Positions 43,014 through 58,129 of a DNA stretch of 64,000 nt are shown here, piece after piece. The notes under the pieces were generated by a model that was given only the letters and a program-made list of their open reading frames with translations, made no database searches and was not told the DNA's origin. The stretch is from Octopus vulgaris. Its lineage: Eukaryota. A program made the translations under genes and the position numbers. Position 1 is the first letter of the stretch; every line of letters begins with the position of its first letter. The stretch is taken from assembly GCA_951406725.2 (NCBI GenBank), contig OX597815.1:79546001-79610000 (forward strand). The letters run 5' to 3'.

Positions 43014-43950
43014 CTATCTATATATGTATGTACCTATCTATCTATCTATCTATCCATCTATATATATATATGTGTATATATATACATCCATATATATATA
43101 CTTATATATATGTATGTATGTGTGTATATTACATATGTGTGCGCGTAGTTTTGTGTGTTTGTCTTGAGTTTAAGCGCGTTTGTATTTTATGCGCAGCGAC
43201 ACTCATAATCTTCGTTCGTGTGTTCATAACAATCTCGTCCGAAAAACAAGAAAAAATAACTATAACCAAAAGAGACGTCAGCATTTCGTACCTATATGTA
43301 TACACGGTTCAATACAATTAAAACATTGCTTACTGAATGCTATTTCGTTTCTATCATAACGTAGATTATGCACAAACCCCCGTCTCTCCTTTTGTCTCTT
43401 ACCATCATCCCCGCCCACCTACCACCACCAGCACACACATTTTATCTTCCTCTCTTTTTCTGTACGCGTGTGAAAGTTAAAAAGAAATGTTGATTGTAAT
43501 TGTTAAGGAATTGCTTTTGTACAATTTTATAATTTATAGACGGTTTATGTGTATGTTGAAACATTAAAGCATTTACATAGGTATGCTAAAAGCTTATGTA
43601 ACCATGGAAAAGAAAAATAAGGGAAAAAAGCAAATAAAAAAAAACAAAATAAGAAAAACTGAATTGATTGAACTTCCTCTCTCTCCTTCCTCTCTCTCTC
43701 TCTCTCTCTGCGTATACATACGTAGTCATATTTTATTTCAAGTGCCATTAGTAACACGGGCATCTTATCTGGCTTCGAGAAATTCGGAACTTCCAGAAAT
43801 CCGGGAAATCTGTACGATATCGGGCAATATATACTGTACACCGTACTGAGTATACAGGAATGTCGTATCCGGCTTTCAGAAATTCGGAAACACTGAACTA
43901 TATCCGGTAAATATACTGTACCCTGTATTGTGTAAACAGACTGTGATTTT

Positions 43951-44210
43951 GTAACGGGAAAGTTTACGAAAATAAACAAAAGACGAAGGCAGGTGGAGTA
44001 CAAACAAACAAATGTATTAGTATAGCGCTCAGGAATAGAAATAGAAAAAGTATTTTACGTTTCGAGCCTACGATCTTCGACAGAAAGATACACAGAAAAA
44101 AACAAGGCGAGAAACAAGGAGAGAAAAAAGGAGAGAAAAAAGGAGAGAAAAAACAAGGAGAGAAACAAGGAAAGGAAAAAATGCGTGTAGGAGCTAACGA
44201 TCTATCATGT
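43951..44210 (-). mobile_element. Short PLE pLTR-like repeat, copy 3
   Basis: Homologous to 1536-1757; expanded ggagagaaaaaa repeats; motif 44051-44090. Confidence 0.65.
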
Positions 44211-45149
44211 CATGATTTTGTAGTTGGTTTGTTTAAAATAACTTTTTTTAAACCCATTTTTTGTGAATTGATAAAAACTAAACATTACAAGCAGATTAAT
44301 TTGTACTTGTATCTATTAAATAAAGTCATGTTCTTTACTTTTCTACGTTTAATTTTCATCTTATAAATACCATACTGGATACATAACACAGTGTGTATGA
44401 TATATTTTACGAATTTTAAGCGGATTAATTAATAAATTTCAAACAAATCCTGTTTTAGAAATGTTTTAATTTGAATCTGTTAAATACAATTTAGTTCTTT
44501 ACTCTTCATAGATTATCTCATATTTTAAGTGTATATTTAGGTTGTCTCCAGAAAACCGGAAAATCCAGAAATCCGGGTGTCTTCTGAATATCTGTTCCGG
44601 TACTGCAAAAGGTGTGTAAAGAGAAGTGAGATGTCTACAATCGGGAACTGAAGACGTGTGCCAAAATTTGAGACCAATATTTGATCAATGTAAGTGAAAA
44701 AAGAATATATATAAGGACTGGTGTCAATTCGTTCGATTAAATTCTTCAAGGCGGTGCCCCAGCATGGTCGCAGTCTAGTGACTGAAATAAATAAAAGATG
44801 AAAGATATACATGCATGTATGTACTTAAACATAAGGCAAAACTTAGATCCATACAGGACATGCATGGGAGCACTCATACACGTGTGCTGACACGTCAATT
44901 TACATATATATGTATGCATGCATGCCTACATACATACACACATACATACATACACACATACATACATACATACATACATACATACATACATACATACATA
45001 CATACATACATACATGCATACATACATACATAATACATACGTACATACATACATACATACATACATACATACATACAAGCATGCATGCATAAATGACTGC
45101 CTTGTTAAGTGTTGTCTAGGTTTCAATGAGTTTTGAGGTTGGAAACTGC

Positions 45150-45208
<59 letters not shown>

Positions 45209-45209
45209 G

Positions 45210-47200
45210 TGGCTAAACTGGGATGTTTTATAGTTTTTGCATTGTAATTGCTTAATTAGCTGTGTCCTTTCTGATTTTGTGAAACCCAGCTTATCAAGAT
45301 TTGTGAAGAGCTATTTCATTAGGCATCCCCCCCCAGTAATTACAGGTACACATTTCCCCAATAATTACAGATATAAATCTAAAGCTGTAGTACGGGCTGA
45401 GTATGTTTTCTTTGTCTTGCATTTTTATAAGATTTTCTTAATGCCCGTTGGGCAACTGATTTTCAAAATTACGGGCACTTACTTTTCTTAATCCCGGATC
45501 ATTTGCTGATCTATTATGCCAACATTTTACTGAGATTTTAACAGGAGTATTCTAATAGTCTTCTTTCTTATAATGAATGAGTACACTCTCCGCGACACTG
45601 TAATTTCTTATGTTTTTGTTTTCTGGACAATTCTTTCTAAAGATTGCAGGGCACATTGTTTTGACCATAGCAGCATGCTGATGAGATTTGCAGGTAGCTT
45701 CTCATGATGGAAGTTACATTTTCATAGAGGAAAGATATGAATGGACATTAGGCGTGAATACTGTTGGAGTATAAAAAGAGACTGCCCGATACTAAAATAT
45801 TTAAGGATGTCTAAAAAACAGAGTTTTCTTCTTTCATAATGACATTTGACATTTTTTTGGGATATCATGTTATATACGCATAATTTGCAGATTTTGCTGT
45901 GTTTAAGATTTTATATCAATAGAATAGAAAACGGCCATAGGCGTCCTTCTGTATTTTCTCTAACATAGGCAAAAACTGTCCCTATTTCTGACCGAAACAG
46001 GTAATCTATATAAGCACAGAATCAGCTATATTCATAATTTTACTATACTTTAAGCAAGGGAAGAGATGGTTTTATTTGCATTTCTATCGATCTTCTGCAT
46101 CAAGTATTTTGTTATTATTTTTAGTTCCTGGATAGTAAAAGCATCCCATTTAACCAGAGCTAATGTGCATGCCCTTCTGCTGATAGCAGAAAGCCTTTCA
46201 TTTGATGATCTGTTGTGCTACATTTTCTTATCGATTTTTACCAGAAAGCTCTCTGTATGGATATTAATGAACAAAACTGGTTACTTTTGATGTAATGTAG
46301 GGACATTCAAAAAAGTTATTCTAGCTTGACTGATTCCTGGTTAACTCACTTTTTTTCAATCTCAGTTTTCGTCCAGAATAAATCAGTATCTTCTTGAGAA
46401 GAAACCTCATAATTTTTATTGTGTCCACATCGCTCTATAGATTCTTGGTGTATACCGATTGAGTATATTACACAGGTCTACAGAACTTGGGGCAGAAATG
46501 TTTCTGTTGAATAGACAAGCATTTCTGAAGCACATGTTTGAGTTGAATCCAGATATGTAATTCTTTTTCACCAATCGTTTTCACCAATCATGTCAGGATC
46601 TTTGTAGACATTACGGTGGATTTTCATAAAAATGCAGTTTTCCTTGATTTTATATCCTGGTCTGACTTTGGAGCAGTTGGCCAAAGTTTGAAAAATGCTT
46701 CATTATCACTCTTCCCTTGTATTAAATATAGTAAAATTATGAATATAGCCGATTTTGTGCATAGATAATTTAATTGTAGTGTAGCAAGTCTTAATAAATC
46801 TTTATCGGCGGTAATTTGACGTCATGGTCATGTTGGCCGAATAGGTATAATTATTAGTTTCCCATTGGTTAAAATTACTGCCCGTATTTGAATTCTAACT
46901 TTCGTCAAAGAGAAATCTTTCACGAAATACGATTCTTAGAATTTAGATATCAGCAGTTATAAAAACCCTGAATTTTGGGAAATAAATCAGTGTTCCTTGG
47001 TTGTCTACTTGATTCCACGATACTCACTTTCCTGAGATTTGGTTATTACCATGCCAAGTCTTTTGTCTAATTCAACAATGCTATTTTGAATTGTTGTTTA
47101 AAACTCGTTGTAGCTTAGTTATGAAAGATTAGTTAATATAATTTTTATGTCGTAAATTTTCTACGACAGTCTTCTTTTGACTTCTTTTATAAAAATATAT
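45210..47200 (-). mobile_element. Highly decayed R4/Dong-like RLE retrotransposon
   Basis: Minus fragments KCWHNR, ILKISCP, FRFISVIIG, DKLGFTKSERTQLIKQLQ; weaker RT-like remnants upstream; 5' limit uncertain. Confidence 0.55.
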
Positions 47201-48477
47201 TGTAAATATCAAATGAACGTAAATAAATTAATCTAGTAAATGATTTATCTGCATTTCTTCAACCTGTTGATGAAATTTACTTTTGTAACTACTGAAACTG
47301 TTATTATAGCTGTGAAAAAGAGTTAGTTTATCTATATTCAACATACATGCACGTTCAGCGTCCAGGTGTATACAACTCACCACAGAGTTTATGTAGTCTG
47401 AGCTAGAATTTATGTATGGTGATAGAATACTTATAATTAAGCTATAAGTGACGGATTTATCACGACAGATTCCTGCTAAAGAAATATTTATATTCATTAT
47501 ATTTTCAAGTCGAACACGTTATAAACAGATTAAATTATCTAATTGTTATAGGTAATTTTCCACTGTTATAAATTGCCACTTATTCTTCTCAATACCAACG
47601 GCGTTATAAATTGGCGACCAACCGACGTGGATTCCGAATTCTACTCGGGGGAATAATCACCATAGAAATTGGCAACCCACCGTTATAGTAGTAAGGTTTC
47701 GGATAGAAACAGGAGTGTTTTTTTTTTTTACTTATGATAGAGAGAATACAAAAGGAGCGCAAGGGTCAGTCTATTCTATTACTTCAGAATTTTAACCACA
47801 GCAAAATCTGCAAATTATATGCACATAACATATCTCTAAAGTCAAAGGCCATTATGAAGGAAGAATACTCTGTTCCTTAGACATTCTTGAATGTTCTATC
47901 GTTGGGCAGTCCCTTTTTATTCTCCAACAGTAATCAGCCATCAAATTCACACCCATCTCCCTTGATATCTCTCCTCTATTACCCTCATATTTTGGTGGAA
48001 ACTTTCTCCCTGTTCATCGCTGATGTTTCCCAGCTCATTTTGCAGTCGCTGAAAAGACCAGAGCATTTTTTCGACAATTTCCTTGAAATTGGCTGCTTTA
48101 TTGTGGCCAAGAAAGTTTTTTTTAGAGATAAATAAAGAGGAGTGGGTGACTTAATTTGGCTTAACCTGCCATGTTGCAAACATGTAGAAACAAAGATACC
48201 AAAGAACTCACTTGCGATTTTCAGCAAATGAACCAGGAAATATTCACCACAAACAACGTATAAATTAAGGAAACTATTATACGAAAACATAACCAAACAC
48301 AGTGAACATCATAAAAGATGATATCAAATGCAATTGAAAGATCCAAAGAAAGATTGACTGAAAGCACTGAAAAACATCTCAGTCAGATTCCTTTGATAAG
48401 AAAACCTGTTCGAGAGCCGTTACTGACGACATTCTACATCTTTGTGAACGTAATAGCTTTATCCGAATATAGCTTAT

Positions 48478-48838
48478 CTTCTGCTTTTTCAGTCATTGGA
48501 TCACGGCTATACTGGAGCAGGCCGTGAAAGATTTAGTCGAGCAAATCGCCCCAATCCCCGTACTTTTTTTCGAAGCTGGTACTTATTCTGTTGCCTCGTC
48601 TACTGCTTGGTTACGAGGACGTAAACAAACCAATACCATTTTTCAATCGATGTGTGTGTCTGTGGGGAACAAACACAAACATACACACACAAACGGTGAG
48701 CTTTCATCCAGTTTCTCTCAACCAAATTATTTCACAAGTCATTGGTCGTCAAAAAGAAACTTGCCCAAATTGCCACGCAATGGAATTGAACTTGAAACTG
48801 TGTGGTTGCTAAGCAAGCTTGTTAACTACACAGCCATA
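48478..48838 (-). mobile_element. SINE family B (diverged)
   Basis: Reverse similarity to 34334-34750. Confidence 0.75.
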
Positions 48839-49774
48839 AATTGTCCGTATATTAAAAAAAAGGCAGCAGCATTATAAACATCGAATGAGCAACTATAGAA
48901 TCCGTTAAACTCGTCCAGGGATGCATGAGTATACAACCTATTTCTGATAGGAAAAATCATATATGAACCTGTGCCTATGAGACCGTCAAAAAAAGATAGG
49001 AACTAGTTTCTAAGCACCCCCGCCCCACACACACACCGAATCAAGCACAAATACGAAAATTGAAACCAACTGACTAAAATTTCTTAATCACTGCAAGAGA
49101 TTGCTTTTCTCTACATTTATATAATTTCCTCAGACCCACCAAATTCTCAAAACATTAATCAGTGTCAAGCATCATAGACTGACCAAAACCACTTAGTCTT
49201 AAAACCAATCATCTACCACACAAAAGAACTGAAAAACCTTTCAGTGTTCAGGTACAACTCGCTGATGATTGAAAAAAAAACAACACAAAAACACACACAA
49301 AATAACAAACAAAAACAAGCACGTTGCTGCCTGGAAACTAGATTATTGAAGTTGGAAAATATCAAATTTAACACACACACACACACACACACACACTCCC
49401 CCCTCTTTCTCTGTCTTTCCTCATATATACACTTATACATCTATGTGTATGATAACCAATTTTTCACATTTTTCTGTCAGGATCAATGTGACGAGCAAGC
49501 AGATTCGTTAGCGTGTCGGGAAAAATACACCGCGGCATTTCTTTCGGCGTTTTACATTCTAAGTGCAAATTTCTACCCAAATCGACTTTTACCTTTTATT
49601 CTTTCGGGGTTTATGATATAATTACCAATTGAGCATTGAGGTCGATGTACTCAACAATCCCCTTCTCCTAAATTTCTAGCCTAGTCCTTATATTACAAAC
49701 AATTTTAGAGTCAGAATACTATATGATGTTGATGGTCTGGACTATATCTAGTAAGAGCACCGGATAAAACGACC

Positions 49775-49905
49775 TCGACCTTCTTTGGAGCAGGTGAGGA
49801 GGAGTGTTCCTACTGCATGGATTATTTCTTAGTTTCTGGCTCAAAGTGACGAAGCCAACACTCATCCTGAGTTAAGAAACGTTCAAGGTAACCAGCTGGA
49901 TTACT
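49775..49905 (-). mobile_element. Mariner fragment
   Basis: Near copy of 52235-52365. Confidence 0.7.
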
Positions 49906-51445
49906 CTTATATAAAACTCTATTGTATAAAAACAATTCTGTACGCGTGCATGTATTTGTTTATACTTGATTAATTTTGATAAAATGGCTGTTATACAGCA
50001 CAGAGTTTAACATGGATGACTGATTCACTGTATTGCTGTATCACATTACTTACTACGAAATATAGTATCAGTGACCAGGTCATAATTATACGATGAAAGA
50101 AATTCATGTGAAAATTACATCTATAATTGATAAGACGAGTTAACGAGGGAGCCTTTGTGGGAGCCAAATTAAAGTCGTTACGTGGTCAACTGATCTGCTA
50201 AACATAACAGCCAAATATTCTTCAAATCTATCGTCTTTAAAAAAGAAAGGCATATTAGGTAATGTACGGCTTTGTTCTTAGATTTCTTTTTCGATCAAGA
50301 CTGACCGGAAGATAAACAACTACCAGCAGCAGCAGCAGCACCACCACCATCACCACCACCACCACCACAACAACAACAACAACTGAAACAGTAATAAAAC
50401 CGGGGCGAATACAATGCACGCGTATTCCAAACTGTCAATAAGACACCACACCATCATATAAACTGTTTTAGTTTCAACATTACAGTCTCAGATCAAATCC
50501 GTTGCCGAACAATTAATATAGAAGCCGAAAATAAAGATGACAAAATGTATAAATATATATTCAACTCACGAACTAGTTTGATAACGGGCTCAAATGATTG
50601 ACCTTTTCGTGATAAAAGATATTCAGTTGTTGATTAGACTTCACTATTGATTTCAGGAGGTGGAGAAAAAGGAAATGGGAATTGCGACTTTTATAGCTTT
50701 ATAGAATGTACCTATTATTCTATTGCACTTTCTGCTGAAGCAAATAACTGTTGCTAAATAATGCACTGCGGAAAAAAAATACTATGAAAAAATAATTAAA
50801 TACGAGCTTCCAAACCACAACAAAGTGATATTAAATTGCAGCCACATGAATGAGGGAAGGAAATCACATTTCATCTTATCGTAAAAAGAAAAAAAAAGTT
50901 GAGTGAATCAGTTGTATTTTGGTACAAGAGTACGTGGTATGAGCTTGGCAACAGACGCGAAAATACGTCTAAAGGAACGGTACAAGACGGGCAGAATATA
51001 CTTTGAACTTCAACCTCATGCTCTGTAACTCTTTACAAGGCTGTGACAACAGTGTTAGCAATTTGATTGCTTTCTTTGAAGCATGTCATTATAAAAAAGG
51101 AACTTACAAATCAAAGAGTGAAAGTCCAGCAAACGTAACAAAAATAAAAAAAAAAAGAGAAAGGAAGAAAAATTGCCTATTTCCGTTCCATATGACATCC
51201 AATGGAAATGAAGCAATAAATAAAGCAAATATTGATTACAATCTGGCGGTTAAAACGTATTCTATTTACAATTTCATTTAGCCAGATGATGTATAGTTGC
51301 CAACGTCATAATAGACATAGGTATAATAATCGTCATGTATCACTATCGTTGTCATCACAATACTGTTCTTCCTCCACCTCCTTCGCAGTTGTTAAACCAA
51401 AGTCGAAGACATCATCTTCGCCTGAGTACACATAAAGGCACACAA

Positions 51446-51721
51446 TGTATGTATGTATGTATGTATGTATGTATGTATGTATGTATGTATGTATGTATGT
51501 ATGTATGTATGTATGTATGTATGTATGTATCTATGTATGTATGTATGTATGTATGTATGTATGTATGTATGTATGTATGTATGTATGTATGCATGCATGC
51601 ATGTATGTATGTATGTATGTATGTATGTATGTATGTATGTATGTATGTATGTATGTATGTATGTATGTATGTATGTATGTATGTATGTATGTATGTATGT
51701 ATGTATGTATGCATGTATGTA
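51446..51721. repeat. Long (TATG)n microsatellite
   Basis: Direct inspection; one of many such tracts. Confidence 0.95.
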
Positions 51722-51723
51722 TA

Positions 51724-52435
51724 CGAAGGTCGACTCAAAAGTATACCCATGGAATGTGATCAAATGAGGTTTATTTTTGAACGTAATCCTCCTTGCGGTT
51801 CAAGCACCTTTTTTATCGGTGCTGCAGTGCTTGGATGCCAGTGGTGGAGAAGCTTTCATTCTGTTAGTAAAAAAAGTCATCAACAGCAGATATGACGTCA
51901 TCATTTACTGCGATACTGCTTCTCAGCCATGTGTTTTTTTTTTCATGTTGGTCAAATCACGAGAATAGGGAAGGTGATCAACCAGTTCAAAGCCAGTCAT
52001 GCACAGCAGCCAGCCGTTGAAACAAAGATGTGTGCTGGAACATTGCCCTGATGACATAAAACCCCTTTAATAAGTTTTCCTAGGCGTTCGGTCTTGATAA
52101 CCTTTTGCAACTGCCTCAGCAAGTTGGCCCAGTCCTCTCCACCGACAGTGTGGCACTTTTGAAAATAGTCAATAAATGCAATGCCATTTGCCTCCTAAAA
52201 AACTGAGGCCATCACCTTCCTTGCAGATGTAACAACATCGATCTTCTTTGGAGTAGGTGAGGAGTGTTCCTACTGCATGGATTATCTCTTAGTATCTGGC
52301 TCAAAGTGATAAAGCCAATACTCATCATGGCTTAGGAAATGTTCAAGGAAACCAACTGGATCTGCCTCAAACAATGTCAGATGTTCCCGGGATGTGATCA
52401 GTCTGGAGCGCTTTTGATCCAAATATTTACCCAGC
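51724..52435 (-). mobile_element. Decayed mariner-like element
   Basis: TA-cgaaggtcgactcaaaagt terminus; minus HDEYWLYHFEPDTKR*SMQ, KVMASVF. Confidence 0.8.
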
Positions 52436-52933
52436 TAGATAAATTTTCGGATATCGATTATACGCAAAATATGCATTAGAGTCACATGCTGGAAATCCTT
52501 GACTATACGGATACATATTACACGCATAGTATATTCTTGATATCACACGATTCAGAGAAAATATATGTATATAAGATAATAAACATTTTTACGAACTTAC
52601 AACTTCATGGAATAATTTTGCGTCGAAACCAATGAAATCTCAAACCTTAACAAAACGCATAATGTATGTATGTAAGTATGTATGTATGTATATACCCTAA
52701 ATTATTAAAAATTATCATAAATGACTTGAGATACTCGTCCTGTCTTGTTTTTTTGCTGTCCTTTTCTGCTAATATATATCTGCTAACACGGAAGCCTAAT
52801 ACGGATCCCTAACTCCAGCCTCAGCTGTGAACTTGGGACCTAAAGGATGACCAATTATAGCATTTACTCAGCGTACCTGTTCATTTAGATCACCAGTGAA
52901 CTAAACCCTCATAAACCCTCATGATTTTCTTCT

Positions 52934-52983
<50 letters not shown>

Positions 52984-54737
52984 TGTATATATTTCATCTT
53001 TTACTTATTTCAAACATTAGACTACGGTCTGGAATATTTTAGTCGAATGAATCTGCTCTAGTACTTCTCTTATATAGAACATCACTTGTACTCAATCAAA
53101 TATATAAATACAATGGTAACATGAAATACTAATAACAGAACATTTTCTTACATTTTATAATTTTTTTCTTCGTTCATGAGCGAAATAATAACGCTCTGCT
53201 ATACAGAAATCTCTTAACACCCAGATAAATGAATCTGCGGTAATTTGATAAATCTGATTACTTCTTCCACACACAATGGTTCCTTTTCAGAAACTCATAA
53301 AAGGGAAATATTTTTATTTCTTTTATTCTTTTTTTTCCCCATGAACTCAGAAGTTACAGAATTAGAAGAAAATACTTATCAGCATTTTGCCCAGCGCAGA
53401 AAGGATTCTGCCAAGTTGCCACCAGAATGATGACGATGTTGATGAGAATAGTAACAATTTCTTTATTGGCTACAAGAACTGAAAAAACTGTAAACGTGTT
53501 ATGTAAATTAAAAAGTAAACACATGACAAAGCAAGTGGGGATGTACACATGCATACATATGCAAGCCTTAGGAATGAACATATAAAGATCTCACATCTGA
53601 AGAATCATATTATGGGGCAACTAGGAGTTGTATTATAAAACCGGAATATCTAGCCAGTGTTGTTGGTTCGTTATCAAATATGGCAATCTTTTGCGCATGT
53701 ATATATACATAACTGCATACATACATACAAACATACATACACACATAAATATATACATTCATACAAGCATACATACATGCATGCACACATACATACAAGC
53801 ATAAATGCAGGTACGCATGCATAAGTGCAAAAATAAACGCGTGTGAGATGTGATACATTGCATTAAAACAAGTTATAACTTTAGTGTACAAAACATTTAA
53901 GCACCTGCTTACATAGAAATGAGAAATTACCAGTTATGTGGTGTGTACCACTGTATTCTATCATACTGACTACCTTTCGCTCTCGTCAGTTCTTGGAATT
54001 TTGGACATATCGGTAAACATATTGCTCTTGACCAAGGTATGAAATCTTCCACATCCTCTGAGCAACTAAAGTTTAGCTATGTAACCATCGATCACTACAG
54101 CATTCCTCTTATTCTGCTTCAGGTCATTTAGCACTAATCATCAAATTTTCGTTACCATTTCAGACATTATGAATTTTTGGTTCTCCGGTATATGGTATGT
54201 GAGTAGGTGGGGGGAGGTTGGTGGTCTTTTGCAAGAAAGACTTCAAACATCCGACTGGCGACCTGTCTGCACCATTTTTTTTATCGCTGCTTGTAATGGT
54301 TTTCTACATTGCTACTAGATCCATATGTCCACATTGCTCCCAGACAAAGGTGAAGGAACTGTTGTTTGGAATATCTATCCTGTTTTGAACTCCAAGATAA
54401 GACTCCTCATCACACGCTTCCATATGCCCTGCCCTTATCAAACGAGCGTATATCATACCATAAAAAGGATCATATGGAAACTCATTACATTTATGGCAAA
54501 ACAGGGGTATGTCCTTTTCATTCTTGTCCCCTCATGGATAAATTCCTAGAACTAGTAGACACATCCACTCTTTCTTTTTTGCCTGGGGCTAATTCATGAC
54601 TAACACTTGTTTATGTTATTGTTTTTTTTTTCCTTTTTACTCAAATTGTAATTGCTTCTGTTCGTAATTGTGGTTTGTTGATTTAACTGTTGAATTTTGT
54701 TTTCGTATTTATTTTTATCTACTTTTTGTGTTTGCAG

Positions 54738-54850
54738 AAATTTGGAGGCGTATTTACTGCTACCACCATTGTAGCTAGCACTTCCAATATTGCCACGGAG
54801 GTGGCCATATTGGACTTTAATAAACAAAACAAATGGGTGTTTGCAGAAAT
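54738..54850 (+). CDS. Candidate internal exon of an unidentified host gene
   Basis: Acceptor tttttgtgtttgcag, donor gtatgt, single open frame KFGGVFTATTIVASTSNIATEVAILDFNKQNKWVFAE. Confidence 0.35.
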
Positions 54851-56239
54851 GTATGTACACAATAAAAATGCCGTAGGTAAAATCTTTTTTTTTTTTACTT
54901 TACCCGAAGATAAGGGGTTGAACGTTTAAATATTCCGAAGCACTTTTTGTTGGTGAAATGAACCAAAAATATCAAATATTACTGGAATAAATTACCTTCT
55001 CGGCGGAACTCTGTGAAACGCAACCTTTCATGGCATACAACAACATCATCATCATCATCAACAACAACATTAACATTAAACAATGAAGAAAAAAAAAAGA
55101 AGGGGAAAGAAAAGTATACTTTCCAAGCCATTTGCTGTTTCTGTCAAAGTGTCATTCCTCGCCGATAACAGACGTTTCAGCAATAAAGCCTACGTGATTG
55201 ATTGGTATTTTTTTAATACACTACAATCACTTAGAAAGTGTGGGACGCACCAATACATTATTTAATTTCTTTGTTTTGTTTCATTTGGTTTTGTTATTTC
55301 TCTCTACTTCCCCGTTCAACCCTGCCACATTTTCTCGGTATTTATTGTTACTTACAGGTAATTCTATCAGTTACCATTATCATAAAAAATTTCGTTCTTG
55401 AATCCGCCATTTTCCGTCGCTTTTGTTAACAACAGCTCGTCGAAATTTGTTTGGTATTTGACTTCTGTCGTCTCTTCTCAGCAAGCAGACGATAAAAATG
55501 AGCGAATTTGTTGTAGTACTTGAAATAATAGCATTCTTTCACTCTTACTTGGCTCGTTAGCTTTTGCTTTATTCCGTTTCTTAACAGAAATGACAAGAAG
55601 AATAATACAATAAATAAAACAAAAATAATAAAAAAATATTAAGATTTGGAAGTATGTAAAATTTTATTGAATGCTGATAAGAGTGTAGAACCTGATTTTG
55701 ATTTTAGGAGTGAAAAAAAAAAAAGAGAAGAAAACTCTCCCGAGGTTACATGAAAAATTACAAGCATATGTAAAGAGGAATTAAACACGAATGAATACAT
55801 TGCTATTGTTGATAAACCATAAAAGAAAAATACGATGCAGAAAAAAATTCCGAATTTGTTCACCCGTCGAATTTAACAACTTATGGTGCAGTTTTAACAT
55901 GTATAACCGCTTAACTAATATAAATATTTAATCAATGAGAAGCATGTCTGAAGTAGCACGAAATTTTATATATTTTTTTATTGGCTTCAGTCACTGGACA
56001 GTGGTCATACTGGGATAACACCTTCAAGAATTTTAGTCGATCACGTCGAAACCAGTACATGTTTTTAGTGTGATATTTATTTTATCGATTTCTATTTATT
56101 CAACCGCTAATTTACAAATTTGATATAAACAGATGCAACTCAATGGCGGAATCTAACTATTTTAGATCCTACGATGTTGATACCTTTCAAGATATATGGT
56201 GGGACAGATTAGTATTCATTATTCAATTCATTACCGTTA

Positions 56240-56798
56240 CAAGGGAAAATTAGCTGGTGATGCTGCAGGAATTTGCTGTGCCACAAATTCAGACGAGGAG
56301 TGATCTTTCTAATGCCATTTTTCAACAAGACGCAGCCCCTCCCCACTTTGCCAGGTTAGTGAGAGGTTTCCTGAACATCAAGTTCCCTGACCGATGGATC
56401 GGTCGAAGTGGTCCTCTGGGATGGGCTCCGCGCTCCCCTGACCTCACACCCTGTGGTTTTTTTCTGTGGGGCTATATCAAAAGCAAGGTATATGCCACTA
56501 AACCCCGTGACTTGTTACAGTTTGAAGAAAGAATCTGCAAGGCCTGCAGCGAAGTCGGGGAAGTGATGCTGCAAAATGTCGGAGAGGCCGGCATCCGAAG
56601 GTGTCTTAAGGTTGTCGAAAATGGATGCGCTCATGCGAAGGTATACAGCTAGTCCTCTAGGCAGTAGAACGTGACGCAAGTCTAACAAGTAAAACAGCAA
56701 TGATTCCTTTTTTGATACTAAGAATATGAATAAACTCAGTTTCTTATATAATTTTTAGGAATTTATTAAAAGTGTATAGTGACTTCTGGGACACCCTG
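56240..56798 (+). mobile_element. DD41D (rosa/VS-type) transposon 3' fragment
   Basis: FQQDAAPPH...WAPRSPDLTPCGFFLWGYIK with 41 residues between the D and the mutated third position; terminus gggacaccctg-TA. Confidence 0.85.
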
Positions 56799-56807
56799 TA
56801 TATATAT

Positions 56808-57234
56808 GACTGTATGGTAAGAAGCTTGCTTCCCAACCGCATGGTTCGGGGTTCAGTTTCGCTGCTTGGTACCTTGGGCATGTATTTTCTACTATACCAC
56901 AATCAAGCCTTGTAGTGGATTTGGTAGGCGGAAACTGAAAGAAGTTCGTCTATATATATATATGTATATATATATATGAATGAAAAATGAAGAAAATAGA
57001 TAAAATTGACTTACAGATTTTATTTATTTAAAAACATTCAAATTCATATAGAGTAATTTCTGCCTACAGCTGTTTCCACACTCAATTCAATTGCAGAAAT
57101 AAAATTCAATTCAAATTCCCATAAAGTTCCAATGATAAACTAATATACTTAGTTTACACTGAACGCTGGTAAAACCGGAGAACTAGGATGCTCTCATCCC
57201 TTAAGGGAATTTAGTTCCTTGTCTTAATAAAATA

Positions 57235-57265
<31 letters not shown>

Positions 57266-57831
57266 TGTATGTATGTATGTATGTATGTATATATATATAT
57301 ACATACATACATACATACATACATACATACATACATACATACATACATACATACATACATACATACATACATACATACATACATACATACATACATTAAG
57401 ACAAGGAACTAAATTCCCTTAAGGGATGAGAGCATCCTAGTTCTCCGGTTTTTACCAGCGTTCAGTGTAAACTAAGTATATTAGTTTATCATTGGAACTT
57501 TATGGGAATTTGAATTGAATTTTATTTCTGCAATTGAATTGAGTGTGGAAACAGCTGTAGGCAGAAATTACTCTATATGAATTTGAATGTTTTTAAATAA
57601 ATAACATCTGTAAGTCAATTTTATCTATTTTCTTCATTTTCTCATTCATATATATATATATACATATATATATAGACGAACTTCTTTCAGTTTCCGCCTA
57701 CCAAATCCACTCACAAGGCTTGATTGTGGTCGGCCCGAGGCTTTAGTAGAAAATACATGCCCAAGGTACCAAGCAGCGAAACTGAACCCCGAACCATGCG
57801 GTTGGGAAGCAAGCTTCTTACCATACAGTCA
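56808..57831. repeat. About 1-kb palindrome (SINE B head + unique segment) centred on a TATG/TACA switch
   Basis: 56808-57230 is the reverse complement of 57396-57831 apart from small indels. Confidence 0.9.
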
Positions 57832-57839
57832 CGCCTGTG

Positions 57840-57947
<108 letters not shown>

Positions 57948-58072
57948 GGTCCCGGGTTGAGTCGGGGTTAACCACAGTAAATAAGTTACTCAATACATAG
58001 CAGAGTAAATTAATTTATTTTATAGAAGGAGCTTCTACAGGACTAGAACTGTTTCATTCAAAAGAAATCATC

Positions 58073-58129
58073 AGGAGCTTCCTGATGATTTCTTTTGAAT
58101 GAAACAGTTCTAGTCCTGTAGAAGCTCCT
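58073..58129 (+). ncRNA. Predicted type I hammerhead ribozyme inside a 131-bp palindrome
   Basis: aggagcttc-CUGAUGA-t ttc tttt gaa t-GAAAcag ttctagtc ctGUA-gaagctcct. Confidence 0.75.

Noticed and set aside
53930-54600. Possible RTE-like LINE remnant on the minus strand
   Set aside because: Motifs too degenerate to support by eye
55404-55413. YY1-like CCGCCATTTT (similar at 2639)
   Set aside because: Isolated short motif; the reverse-strand ATG frames stop within ten codons
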